This document shows positions 28,338 through 37,183 of a stretch of 64,000 bases of DNA, one piece after another. Positions within the stretch are counted from its first letter, which is position 1. Each line of letters begins with the position of its first letter. This DNA is from Candidatus Sericytochromatia bacterium (GTDB lineage Bacteria > Cyanobacteriota > Sericytochromatia > S15B-MN24 > UBA4093), in the NCBI GenBank assembly GCA_036676985.1, contig JAKFBU010000041.1, positions 148,167 through 212,166 on the forward strand. Reading direction: 5' to 3'. The notes beneath the pieces are model-generated. The model was not told the DNA's origin. It ran no database searches and saw nothing but the letters and a program-made list of their open reading frames with translations. The position numbers were made by a program, and so were the translations under genes.

Positions 28338-28420
28338 TCGTGCAAATTTAGGACTGGAGCCAAATCGCCCAGACACCCTGCTTACAACCTCTTTAGCCAT
28401 CACAAAACCAGTAGGCACCC

Positions 28421-28442
28421 AGTGCTTCTACGGCACCGTGCA
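28421..28442 (+). repeat. attR core (displaced original rlmI 3' end)
   Basis: AGTGCTTCTACGGCACCGTGCA followed by CTAG (His-stop). Confidence 0.93.
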
Positions 28443-28467
28443 CTAGGCTCCGGCCCGCACCAACCCC

Positions 28468-28496
28468 GGGGCGCCGCCAGCGACTGGCGGCGCCCC
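28468..28496 (+). terminator. Hairpin, probably the original rlmI terminator
   Basis: GGGGCGCCGCCAG-cga-CTGGCGGCGCCCC just after attR; weak U tract. Confidence 0.6.
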
Positions 28497-28597
28497 TTGC
28501 CATGGGGCCCTCCGCAAAGGTCCTCTTGTCTCTGGAACGCGGCGTCCTCCGGAGGTAGGGTCACGGATGGAGTGACGCACTACAAAGGAGGCAAGCT

Positions 28598-29266
28598 ATG
28601 GCACGCATGCGAGCCATGCAGTCTGTGTGGTCCAGTCGATGGCCCGTCGTGGCCCTGCGCGGCGTGTTCGCCGTGATCTTCGGTACCCTGGCGATCCTCT
28701 GGCCGGGAGCGACCCTGTTGACCCTGGTGCTCCTGTTCGGCGGCTACGCCCTCGCGTCGGGCATCCTCTCCGGGATCCTGGCCATCACCAAGCAGCCCCC
28801 GCAACCCCGCTGGCTCCTGGCCCTGGAGGCCGTGCTCGGCGTCGCGGCGGGCTTCGTCGTCTTCACGCAGATGGGCCTCGCGACCGTCACGCTCCTGATG
28901 ACCATCGGCATCTTCGCGGTCGTCGCGGGCATCTCCCGCATCGTCCAGGCCATCCGCCTGCGCCAGGAGATCGAGAACGAGTGGGCGCTCGGCCTGAGCG
29001 GCGCCGTGACGACGCTGTTCGGTATCGTGGCCCTCGTCTGGCCCGCCGCCGGCGCGGTGGTGCTGTCGTGGACCCTGGGCTTCATGGCGATCGCCATCGG
29101 CCTTTCCGAGATCGCCCTGGGCATGCGGCTGAAGTCCCTGGGCGAACGCGCCCCGGAGACCCGCCCGGTCCCCGAGGCCGGACGCGTCTGGTCCATGCGC
29201 ACCGCGGAGCACCCCGAGGTCGCAGAAGTCACGCGCGAGACGACGGACAGGACGACAAAGCTGTAA
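28598..29266 (+). CDS. HdeD/DUF308 family membrane protein
   Basis: W..VALRGVFAVIFG..AILWPG, LRQEIENEW.LGLSG; AAAGGAGG RBS. Confidence 0.88.
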   Translation: MARMRAMQSVWSSRWPVVALRGVFAVIFGTLAILWPGATLLTLVLLFGGYALASGILSGILAITKQPPQPRWLLALEAVLGVAAGFVVFTQMGLATVTLLMTIGIFAVVAGISRIVQAIRLRQEIENEWALGLSGAVTTLFGIVALVWPAAGAVVLSWTLGFMAIAIGLSEIALGMRLKSLGERAPETRPVPEAGRVWSMRTAEHPEVAEVTRETTDRTTKL

Positions 29267-29335
29267 GGCCGTGGATGAATTCGCGGCGGGACGGGTAGGA
29301 AAGGGCAGGATCCCCCTTCAGGAGCTGCACCCTTC

Positions 29336-31669
29336 ATGCCTCGTCCCGCCCGTCTTCATGCCTTAGGCCTCGCCCTGGCCCTCGCGCTCACCGGCTGCGC
29401 CGGCACCCGCCAGGCCGTCGTCGCCGAACCGGAGTCCGAGCCCGCCCGCGTCGGGACGGATCGCGTCTACTCGGCGCTCGTCGACGCCCTGCCGGACCCG
29501 GCCGCCCGCCCCCTCGAGGGCCGCGTCATCGTCGTGGATCCCGGCCACGGCGGCCCCGAGTCGGGCACCGTCGGGCCTGCGGGCACCAAGGAGAAGGACG
29601 TCAACCTCGCCGTCGCCAAGGCGCTCGCAAGCCTGTTGAAGCAGGCCGGTGCGCGGGTGACGCTCACGCGCGAGGGCGACACGGGCGTGGCCCCCGCGGG
29701 CAGCTCGCTCGCCGACGACCTCAAGGCGCGGGTGGCGATCGCCAACCGGCTCCAGGCGGACCTCTTCGTCTCGGTGCACCACAACGCCACGCTCGACTCC
29801 AAGAAGTCGCTCGAGACCACCGAGACCTACTACAAGATGGACGATCCGGGCCCGTCGGTGGACGTGGGCGCCGCCCTCCACCGATCGCTCGTGCGCAACC
29901 TCCAGCTCCCCAACGAGCGCCTGATGCCCGGCAACTACGCGGTGCTGCGCAACGCCCGGGTGCCCGCCGTCCTCGGCGAGGCCTCCTACCTGACGCACCC
30001 CGACACCGAGCAGAAGCTCCGCCAGCCGGAAAAGCAGCTCCTGGAGGCACAGGCCTACTACCTCGGCATCCTCGAGTACTTCGCCAAGGGCACCCCGCGG
30101 ATCCACGACTTCGCCCCGGTTTCCCAGGGCGATCCGGCCCGTCCCACCTGGCGCGCCGCCTTCTCGGGCGGCCCCATCGACCCCGCCTCCCTCGCGCTCA
30201 CGCTCGACGGCCAGCCCGTCTCCGGCTACTTCGACCCGGAGGAGCAGACCCTCCTGTTCCAGCCGGACCGCCCGCTCTCCAACGCCACCCACTCCCTGAG
30301 CCTCCAGGCTCGCAACGTGGGCGGCAACACCACCCCGCGCGAGGAGCGGACGTTCGCCGTGAGCCGTCCGGCCGCCGCCATGCGCGGCGAAGTGCCCCTC
30401 TCGGCCCTGCCGGAGGATGGCCCCCTGCCCGTGGCCGTACGGGTGCTCGACGCCCACGGCCTGCCCGTCGCGGACGGCACGGAGGTGAGCTGGACCGTCG
30501 CCAACGCCCGGCTCGAGCGCACCAAGACCCTCACCCGCGGGGGCCTCGCCACCACCTACGTGGAGTACCCGGGCCCCAAGACGCGCCTGACGGCCGCGAC
30601 CGGCCAGGTACGGCTCGCCGTGACGCTGCCGACCCGGCGCCGGGCCATCCTGTCCGGCCGGGTCGAGGGGCCGGATGATGGCCCGCTCTCGGACGTCACC
30701 ATCGTCGCCCTCGGTAAGAGCGAGAGCCGCATGACCAAGAGCAACGAGGACGGCTACTGGTGGTTCGACCGGGCACCGGAAGGCCTCTCGGAGCTGCGCG
30801 TGGCCAAGCCGGGCATCCGGAGCCGGGCCTTCGCGCTCGGCCGTCCCCAGTTCGTGCCCATCGCCGTGCCGGCCTTCACGAGCCCCGAGATGCGGGCGCA
30901 GACCGTCTTCCTCAACCCGGAAGGCGGCAGCGAGGACAAGGACGCCACCCGTCGCAAGCTCGCGGGCTACAACTGGATGGTCGCGGACTTCCTGCGCGGC
31001 TACCTGGAGGCCTCGGGCGCCAAGACTCAGCTTACGCGCGGCCGCGACGAGAGCCCCTCGGACGTGCAGCGGGTGCGCGAGGCCAACCGGCTGGGCGCGA
31101 CGCTCTTCGTCACCATCGGCCACGCGCTCAACGGCCCCCTGCGCACGAGCCACTATCCCTCGAGCGCCAAGGGCAAGCAGATCGCGGGCGACGTCCGCGC
31201 GGCGCTCACGCGCGTGCTCGCGGCCACGGGCAGCACGGTGGCCGACTCCACCTACACCCTGATCCAGACGACTTGCCCGTCTGTGACGGTCGTGCCCGGC
31301 CCGGCCCCCACCACCGATCTCGCGGCGCGCGCGCGCCGGGCGGCGTACGGCATCTTTCTGGGCCTGGTCCCGGCCCACCCCAAGGCGGCGAGCCTCGAGA
31401 TCACGCTCGTGAAGGGGGGACGTCCGGTTGCCAACGGGAGCACCACCCTCGATCTCCAGTGGCTCGGCCAGACCGATGCCGCCGGAACCTGGCAATACGC
31501 CAATCTCGAACCCGGACAGCACTACCTGACGGTGGCGGACGGAAACAAGACCCGATCCTACTGGATCACGGGCCTCGAAAGCGGCGAGGCGCGCCGCGTC
31601 ACGCTGGATCTGGACCGCCCCGACCAGCCCGACAACCTGGCCAACAAGCAAGGGATTAAGTTACAATAA
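29336..31669 (+). CDS. N-acetylmuramoyl-L-alanine amidase lipoprotein with Ig-like region and degenerate second amidase domain
   Basis: Lipobox LTGC; VVDPGHGG, EKDVNL, VSVHHNA, AVLGE; second domain FLNPEGG..LTRG..RVREAN. Confidence 0.88.
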   Translation: MPRPARLHALGLALALALTGCAGTRQAVVAEPESEPARVGTDRVYSALVDALPDPAARPLEGRVIVVDPGHGGPESGTVGPAGTKEKDVNLAVAKALASLLKQAGARVTLTREGDTGVAPAGSSLADDLKARVAIANRLQADLFVSVHHNATLDSKKSLETTETYYKMDDPGPSVDVGAALHRSLVRNLQLPNERLMPGNYAVLRNARVPAVLGEASYLTHPDTEQKLRQPEKQLLEAQAYYLGILEYFAKGTPRIHDFAPVSQGDPARPTWRAAFSGGPIDPASLALTLDGQPVSGYFDPEEQTLLFQPDRPLSNATHSLSLQARNVGGNTTPREERTFAVSRPAAAMRGEVPLSALPEDGPLPVAVRVLDAHGLPVADGTEVSWTVANARLERTKTLTRGGLATTYVEYPGPKTRLTAATGQVRLAVTLPTRRRAILSGRVEGPDDGPLSDVTIVALGKSESRMTKSNEDGYWWFDRAPEGLSELRVAKPGIRSRAFALGRPQFVPIAVPAFTSPEMRAQTVFLNPEGGSEDKDATRRKLAGYNWMVADFLRGYLEASGAKTQLTRGRDESPSDVQRVREANRLGATLFVTIGHALNGPLRTSHYPSSAKGKQIAGDVRAALTRVLAATGSTVADSTYTLIQTTCPSVTVVPGPAPTTDLAARARRAAYGIFLGLVPAHPKAASLEITLVKGGRPVANGSTTLDLQWLGQTDAAGTWQYANLEPGQHYLTVADGNKTRSYWITGLESGEARRVTLDLDRPDQPDNLANKQGIKLQ

Positions 31670-31780
31670 GGTTGAACCGGGCTTAACAGCGCGTCAAGAT
31701 CGCCCAAAAAGGCCGCTCGAGCGGTATCTTGGGATCTCGCGACGGGTATGGAGAGGTATCCCGGTGCGACTGGAGATCCT

Positions 31781-32521
31781 ATGCTACGCAAGTTGTTGGT
31801 GCTGGCCCTGAGCCTCGTTTCCTTTTCGGCGATGCCGTCGGCCCTGGCGGCTCCCGCCCCCACCGCCAACCCCAACCCCACGTACCAGTACATCCAATCG
31901 GTCGCCGGCGTCACCGCCGCCAAGCGCTACGCCTGGCACATCGAACAGGCCGCCAAGAAGTACCACCTGGACCCCGTGTTCGTCGCCCGCATCATCCGGC
32001 TCGAGAGCAGCTTCAATCCCCGCTCCGTGAGCCACGTGGGCGCGGTCGGCCTGATGCAGGTGATGCCCTTCCACTTCAAGCACCGCGGCATTCCCCGCTC
32101 CAAGTGGATGGAGACCAAGACCAACCTCGATCTCGGCTGCAAGATCCTCGCCTGGTACAAGGAGCGCATGGCCCGCCTCTACCCCGGGCTCGACCCCCGG
32201 GCGCTGCGCCACCGCGCGCTCGTCGCCTACAACATGGGCCCCCGGGCGGTGGTCTCGCGCGGCATCTACCGGTCGCGCTACTCCGAGATCATCATGAAGC
32301 ACTACACGCCGCGCGGCATGCAGGACGCGGCGATCGCCAAGGCCGACCCCAAGAAGGCCGCGGCCGAGGCGCTCAACCAGCCTCAGAACGCCACCGAGGT
32401 GGTCTTCCAGCAGGACCGGCCCGAGGGCATGCCCTCGATGGTCGAGATCAACAAGGTGGCCGAACAGGAGATGGTTCAGGGCCCCGAGGAGGCCTCGTCG
32501 TCCGTGCGCTTCTTCTGGTAG
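31781..32521 (+). CDS. Lytic transglycosylase (SLT domain)
   Basis: IIRLESSFNPRSVSHVGAVGLMQVMP, AYNMGP; signal peptide. Confidence 0.92.
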   Translation: MLRKLLVLALSLVSFSAMPSALAAPAPTANPNPTYQYIQSVAGVTAAKRYAWHIEQAAKKYHLDPVFVARIIRLESSFNPRSVSHVGAVGLMQVMPFHFKHRGIPRSKWMETKTNLDLGCKILAWYKERMARLYPGLDPRALRHRALVAYNMGPRAVVSRGIYRSRYSEIIMKHYTPRGMQDAAIAKADPKKAAAEALNQPQNATEVVFQQDRPEGMPSMVEINKVAEQEMVQGPEEASSSVRFFW

Positions 32522-33081
32522 CGCGTCAGCCGCTCGAAACCGTAGGCACACCCTGACAACAGCACCAACCCGCCCATGGCGACCCAGAACAATGGGTCGC
32601 CTGGTTTCATGAGGCGATCGCCCAGGAGCACGTACAGGAAGTTGCCCGGTGCGGTGCCGATGACCGACCCCAGCAGGTAGGTCCGCACGGGGACGCCCAC
32701 GATGCCCGCCGCGTAGCTCACGGCGTAGGAGGGCAGGAAGGGGAAGGCGCGCACGGCCACGACCGTGGACACACCTCGGTTGGCGAGCCGGGCCTCGATG
32801 CCCCGCATGCGCAGCTCACCGGCGAAGCGATGGACCACGAGACGTCCCGGACCGCGTCCCAGCTGGTGGCAGGCCCACGAGGCGAACAGGGTTCCCATCA
32901 CCGTCACGGCGAAGCCCTTGGGCACCCCGAACAGGATCCCCGCAAGCGCCAGGAGCAGGCCGCCCGGGAGGACGGGCACGATCTGCTGGACGACCATCAC
33001 GGCCGCCAGCGCCAGGGGGGCCCAAGGGCCCGCGCCCTGGACCCAGCCCCGGATCGTCTCGAGATCGGGCAGGATGCCCAT
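32476..33081 (-). CDS. TVP38/TMEM64 (DedA-like, VTT domain) membrane protein
   Basis: PVLPG..LAGILFG, VRAFPFLP..VSYAAG, GTAPG. Confidence 0.88.
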   Translation of the reverse strand: MGILPDLETIRGWVQGAGPWAPLALAAVMVVQQIVPVLPGGLLLALAGILFGVPKGFAVTVMGTLFASWACHQLGRGPGRLVVHRFAGELRMRGIEARLANRGVSTVVAVRAFPFLPSYAVSYAAGIVGVPVRTYLLGSVIGTAPGNFLYVLLGDRLMKPGDPLFWVAMGGLVLLSGCAYGFERLTRYQKKRTDDEASSGP

Positions 33082-33136
33082 GTTGTCCCTTCCCTCCGTC
33101 CAACGGGTCGATCGTACGCGACGGCGGGACGGTCGG

Positions 33137-35587
33137 CTAGCCCTCGGCCTCCATCTGCGCGAGGACGGCCTGGGGATAGAGGTCCGACGTCTGGACGTAG
33201 GCGACGTGCGACTGGGGACGTGCGCCGAAGCGCCGCTTCTCCAGGGACGCTCCCATCCCGAACAGGACCCGCCGCTTGCCGTTGGCCACCGAACGGCGCA
33301 GGGCCTGCAGCAACGACTGTCGGTAGCTGCGATGGGACTGCACGTACCGGTAGTCCAGACCGATCACCATGGGACAGTACTGCTCGGGCCCCACGTAGGC
33401 GGCCCCCACGCCGACGGGCAAGGCCCCACCCCCTTCGAGGTAGAGCAGGATGAGCTCCCAGCCCGGGTGTTGCAGCATGCGCTCGAAGAGGTTCTCGGGC
33501 AGGTCGAAGGTGTTGAGATCGAGGTTGGTGGCTTTCACGTTGCGGTAGAGGGCGTAGAGGTGGTCGAGGAGCTCGCGACTGGGCGCGGGGTCCCCATGCC
33601 GCAGGACCTCCACCCGGTAGGCGGACTCCCAGCCGAGGACCTCGCGTCGCTGGTGGTAGCGTGCCTTGGGTGAGAGAGCCTGCAGGAAGCCCTCGTCGTC
33701 CTGCCAGGTGCGCTCGATGGCGAGGCTATCCGGCATGGCCGCCCCGACGAACCCCCTGCCGCGCAAGAACGCGTCCAGCTCGGCATCGCCCGCGGGCAGG
33801 TCCCGGAGGACCAGGGTCTTGATCCCTGCCTGCTCCTGGGACTCCTCGACGGCCTCGAGGAGGAGGCGCATGGCCTCCTGCCAGTCCCTGGTCCGATCCA
33901 GGTAGAGGTGGTTCCCCTCGGTCAAGAGCGAGCCCATGGCGAGGCAGCGCGACGTGAGGAACGCCGGGTCCGCCTGACGGCGCTCCTCGACCTGCCGGGA
34001 GACGCGGGCGCTCGCGAGCATGTCGTCCTTCCACAGGGCCTCGGTGAAGAAGGTGGCGAGCACCGGAGTGCCGTCCACGTCCCGCACGGTGTAGTAGTGG
34101 AACTGCCAGTTGTTGGCCTCCTGGGGCTGGTCCCGGAAGGTCTCCTCCAGGAAGCGCAGCCCCTCCCAGGTGAACGTGCCCCGCTGGCCCAGGAGGGCGT
34201 CCCACTCGGCCCTAGAAACGTCCTGGATGGTCGTCGCATGCGCGAGGCGGAGCCCGGAACGGGCCTGGCGCACCGTCAGCTCGAGGCCCTGCACGCCCAG
34301 CGCCCGCGCCGAGCTGGGTGCAGCCGGACGGGAGGCCAGGTCGAAGGCGCGGTGGATGCTCTCCAGCGAGCTGCCCTCCTCGGCGAGGACGGCGGGCAGG
34401 TGATAGGCGATCGCCTCGACCAGCCTCCGCACGTCGTCTAGCGTCTGGTGCAGCGTGAGCGTGAAGCGCACGCCCGCCCGCTTCATGGGAACGGCGGGAA
34501 ACATGGCGACGTTGGTGAAGAAGCCCGCCTCCATGAGGCGCTCGACCATCCGGAAGGCGACCTTGGGCTGGCCCATGCCGATGAAGCGGATGGGGGCCTC
34601 GGAGTTCGAGACCAGGGGCAGGTCGAACTCGGCAAGCAGGCGGTTGCACTCGCGCATGCGCTCCTGCAGGCGCACTTGCAGCGCCGTCAGCTCGTCCGTG
34701 AGGTGGAGGCGTGCGGAGGCGATCGCCGCCCCCAGAGACGGCGGCTGGATGGGCCCCGAAAAGATCATGGGGCCCCCGCACGTCTTGACCCGACGTCGCA
34801 GCTCGGCGTCCGGGAAGACCAGCACGCCGCCGCCCACCCCGAAGGCCTTGGCGAGCGAGGTGGCGACCACCATGCGGGGGTGGTGCGGCAGGGCCTCCAG
34901 GACGAAGCCTCTGCCGCGTCGGCCATGCCAGGACATGCCGTGGGCGTCGTCGACGTAGAGGTGGAAGCGCTCGTTTTCCGTCAGGAGGCGCGCCAGCTCC
35001 CCCATGGGGGCCGTATCGCCGTACATGCTGTAGAGGCCGTCCGCCAGGTACCAGACCTTGCGACGGGTCCTGCTCAGCTCTTCCACGCGCTCGGCGAGCA
35101 GGTCCATGCGGTTGTGGCGCAAGAGCTCCACGTGAGCCTTGGGGCCGCGCACCAGCTTCAGGGCGGTCTGAACGCTGCTGTGGACCTGCTGGTCGAAGAT
35201 CACGGCGTCCTCATCCGGGTCGATGAGCACGGGCAGGGCCGAGATGTGCGCGAGCGACGTGGTGGGCGCGAGCACCACCGGAGCGCCGAAGAGGCGCTCG
35301 AACAGGCCCTCGAGCTCCGCATAGGCGGGCGACGACATGTAGGCCCGCGACGAGGAGAACTGGGTGCCGTAGCGCTGCACGGCGTCGATGGCCCCCGCCT
35401 TGAGGCGGGGGTCCAGCTCCAGGCCCAGGTAGCTGCAGGAGCCGAAGTTGAGGAGCTCGCGGCCCCCGACCGTCACGATACGACCATTCAGGACCTCGTC
35501 CTCGGCCGTATGGTGCATGAGGCCCCGGTGCACCGCCTCGGTGATCATGGAATCCAGCGTGTCGAGATGGTCCGTCGTCTTCGGCAT
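33137..35587 (-). CDS. PLP-dependent alpha-oxoamine synthase (BioF/CqsA-like) fused to a GNAT/FemAB-like domain
   Basis: NFGSCSYLGL, SSSR, HSS, DGLYSMYGD, DDAHG, TSLAKAFG (PLP Lys); C-terminal ~390 aa with GNAT-like EWDAL, LFGMGASLEKRRFGA; GAGGAGG RBS. Confidence 0.82.
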   Translation of the reverse strand: MPKTTDHLDTLDSMITEAVHRGLMHHTAEDEVLNGRIVTVGGRELLNFGSCSYLGLELDPRLKAGAIDAVQRYGTQFSSSRAYMSSPAYAELEGLFERLFGAPVVLAPTTSLAHISALPVLIDPDEDAVIFDQQVHSSVQTALKLVRGPKAHVELLRHNRMDLLAERVEELSRTRRKVWYLADGLYSMYGDTAPMGELARLLTENERFHLYVDDAHGMSWHGRRGRGFVLEALPHHPRMVVATSLAKAFGVGGGVLVFPDAELRRRVKTCGGPMIFSGPIQPPSLGAAIASARLHLTDELTALQVRLQERMRECNRLLAEFDLPLVSNSEAPIRFIGMGQPKVAFRMVERLMEAGFFTNVAMFPAVPMKRAGVRFTLTLHQTLDDVRRLVEAIAYHLPAVLAEEGSSLESIHRAFDLASRPAAPSSARALGVQGLELTVRQARSGLRLAHATTIQDVSRAEWDALLGQRGTFTWEGLRFLEETFRDQPQEANNWQFHYYTVRDVDGTPVLATFFTEALWKDDMLASARVSRQVEERRQADPAFLTSRCLAMGSLLTEGNHLYLDRTRDWQEAMRLLLEAVEESQEQAGIKTLVLRDLPAGDAELDAFLRGRGFVGAAMPDSLAIERTWQDDEGFLQALSPKARYHQRREVLGWESAYRVEVLRHGDPAPSRELLDHLYALYRNVKATNLDLNTFDLPENLFERMLQHPGWELILLYLEGGGALPVGVGAAYVGPEQYCPMVIGLDYRYVQSHRSYRQSLLQALRRSVANGKRRVLFGMGASLEKRRFGARPQSHVAYVQTSDLYPQAVLAQMEAEG

Positions 35588-35697
35588 GCAGCACCTCCTC
35601 ACCAATCCCTGACCTGACGCTCAGTCGCAAGCGCAGACAAGCTAGGGATCTATACCCTCGGCAGGTCATATGACGGAAACCCGGACGGTGACACGCA

Positions 35698-35713
35698 TGT
35701 GAGAAGCCTCACA
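35698..35713. promoter_or_regulatory. CRP-family binding site
   Basis: TGTGA-GAAGCC-TCACA, exact TGTGA-N6-TCACA consensus, in a divergent intergenic region. Confidence 0.7.
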
Positions 35714-35800
35714 TCCTTAAACGCTTGTAATATTTCCGCAAACAACCTGTGATAAACTCGTGTTCGTTTCGATAGCAAGCAATGGTTTCGGGTCGGTATA

Positions 35801-37183
35801 GTGACGGTCCAACTCATCGCCAACCTCTTCAACGTCACGGGCATCGGGCTCATCCTCCTCGTGTCCCTGATCGTCCTGAAGAACGCGCCCAGCCCGTTTT
35901 TCCGGGCGTGGGTCGCGGCCTACACCGCGGGCTTCCTCATGCTCGTGGGCGATTCCGTGTCGCAGCCGCTCGGGCGCCCGGCCGTCCTCACGCTCTTCGA
36001 GATCGGCTGCGCCTTCACCAATGCGTGGTTCCTCTACGAGACGGGGCGCCGCCTACAGGAAAAGCCGTCCGATCGACGGATCCTGACCTGGGTCATCCTG
36101 CCGTTGGCGGGCGTGAGCACCGTCATGGTGGCCCTGGGCCAGCATTACAACACCACGTTCATCCCGCCCGGCATCGCGCTCGCCGTCAGCTTCGTCTGGC
36201 TCGGCAGCGTGCTCTTGAGACGCTCCCACGAGCAGGCCCCACAGGTCCGGTGGCTCGCGCTCCCGCTCATCGCCACGGGCCTCTTGCCGCTCGTCTACCC
36301 GCTCATCGCGGCCTCGCCCGTCGAGTGGCTCAGCTACTGGCTGGGCGGCGTCCTCAACCTGACCACCGGCATGGGCATGGTCGTCTACCTGCTGCAAGAG
36401 GCCGCCAGCCAGCTCCGGCACCAGAACGAGAAGCTGGTCCAGCTGGACCAGCTCAAGCGCAACTTCATCAGCACCGTCAGCCACGAGCTGCGCACGCCGC
36501 TCACGAGCGTGATGGGGTACCTGGAGTTCCTCGAAGACCGGATCGGCGGCCCCCTGACCTCGGAGCAGGCCGAGTTCGTCGAGCGCATGAAGGAGGGCTC
36601 CAGCCAGCTGGCCGACCTCATCGACACGCTCCTGGACAGCCACCAGCTGGAGTCCGGCGCCCTCAAGGTCAAGCACGAAGAGGTGGACCTGCCCCAGACG
36701 CTCGAACAGGCGCTCATCACCCTGCGATCGCTCGTCGACAAGAAGCATCTGAACCTCGAGGTCGGGCTCGAGCCGTCGCGCCTGATGGTCTGGGCGGATG
36801 CGCGGCGGGTGGTCCAAGTCCTCAACAACCTGATCGGCAACGCCGTGAAGTTCACCGAGCAGGGAGGGACCATCCGCATCGAGGGCCGACTGGAGGGCGA
36901 CCATGTCCGGTTGGCCGTGCGGGACTCGGGGATCGGCATCCCCGCCGGACAGCTCGCCCAGATCTTCGACCCCTTCTTCCAGGTCGACGGAGGGCTCATC
37001 CGAAAGCACGGCGGCTCGGGCCTCGGCCTGTCCATCGTCCGCGACATGGTGCGGGCCATGGGCGGGCAGGTCGGCGTGGAGAGCGAGCAAGGCAAAGGGA
37101 GCGTGTTCTGGTTCACGCTCCCCGTTGCGGTGATGCCGTTTATCGAGGAGCCCGAGGCTCCGGTGCTGCGCTCGAACGACTAA
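35801..37183 (+). CDS. Membrane sensor histidine kinase (~7 TM input)
   Basis: SHELRTPLT, NLIGNAVKF, DSGIGI, GGSGLGL boxes. Confidence 0.95.
   Translation: MTVQLIANLFNVTGIGLILLVSLIVLKNAPSPFFRAWVAAYTAGFLMLVGDSVSQPLGRPAVLTLFEIGCAFTNAWFLYETGRRLQEKPSDRRILTWVILPLAGVSTVMVALGQHYNTTFIPPGIALAVSFVWLGSVLLRRSHEQAPQVRWLALPLIATGLLPLVYPLIAASPVEWLSYWLGGVLNLTTGMGMVVYLLQEAASQLRHQNEKLVQLDQLKRNFISTVSHELRTPLTSVMGYLEFLEDRIGGPLTSEQAEFVERMKEGSSQLADLIDTLLDSHQLESGALKVKHEEVDLPQTLEQALITLRSLVDKKHLNLEVGLEPSRLMVWADARRVVQVLNNLIGNAVKFTEQGGTIRIEGRLEGDHVRLAVRDSGIGIPAGQLAQIFDPFFQVDGGLIRKHGGSGLGLSIVRDMVRAMGGQVGVESEQGKGSVFWFTLPVAVMPFIEEPEAPVLRSND

Larger units (their letters stand above)
15277..28442. mobile_element. Integrative element / phage-satellite-like genomic island in the rlmI 3' end
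   Basis: 22-bp direct repeat at both ends, adjacent tyrosine integrase, xis-primase-DUF3987-RusA module, visibly more AT-rich codon usage. Confidence 0.93.
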
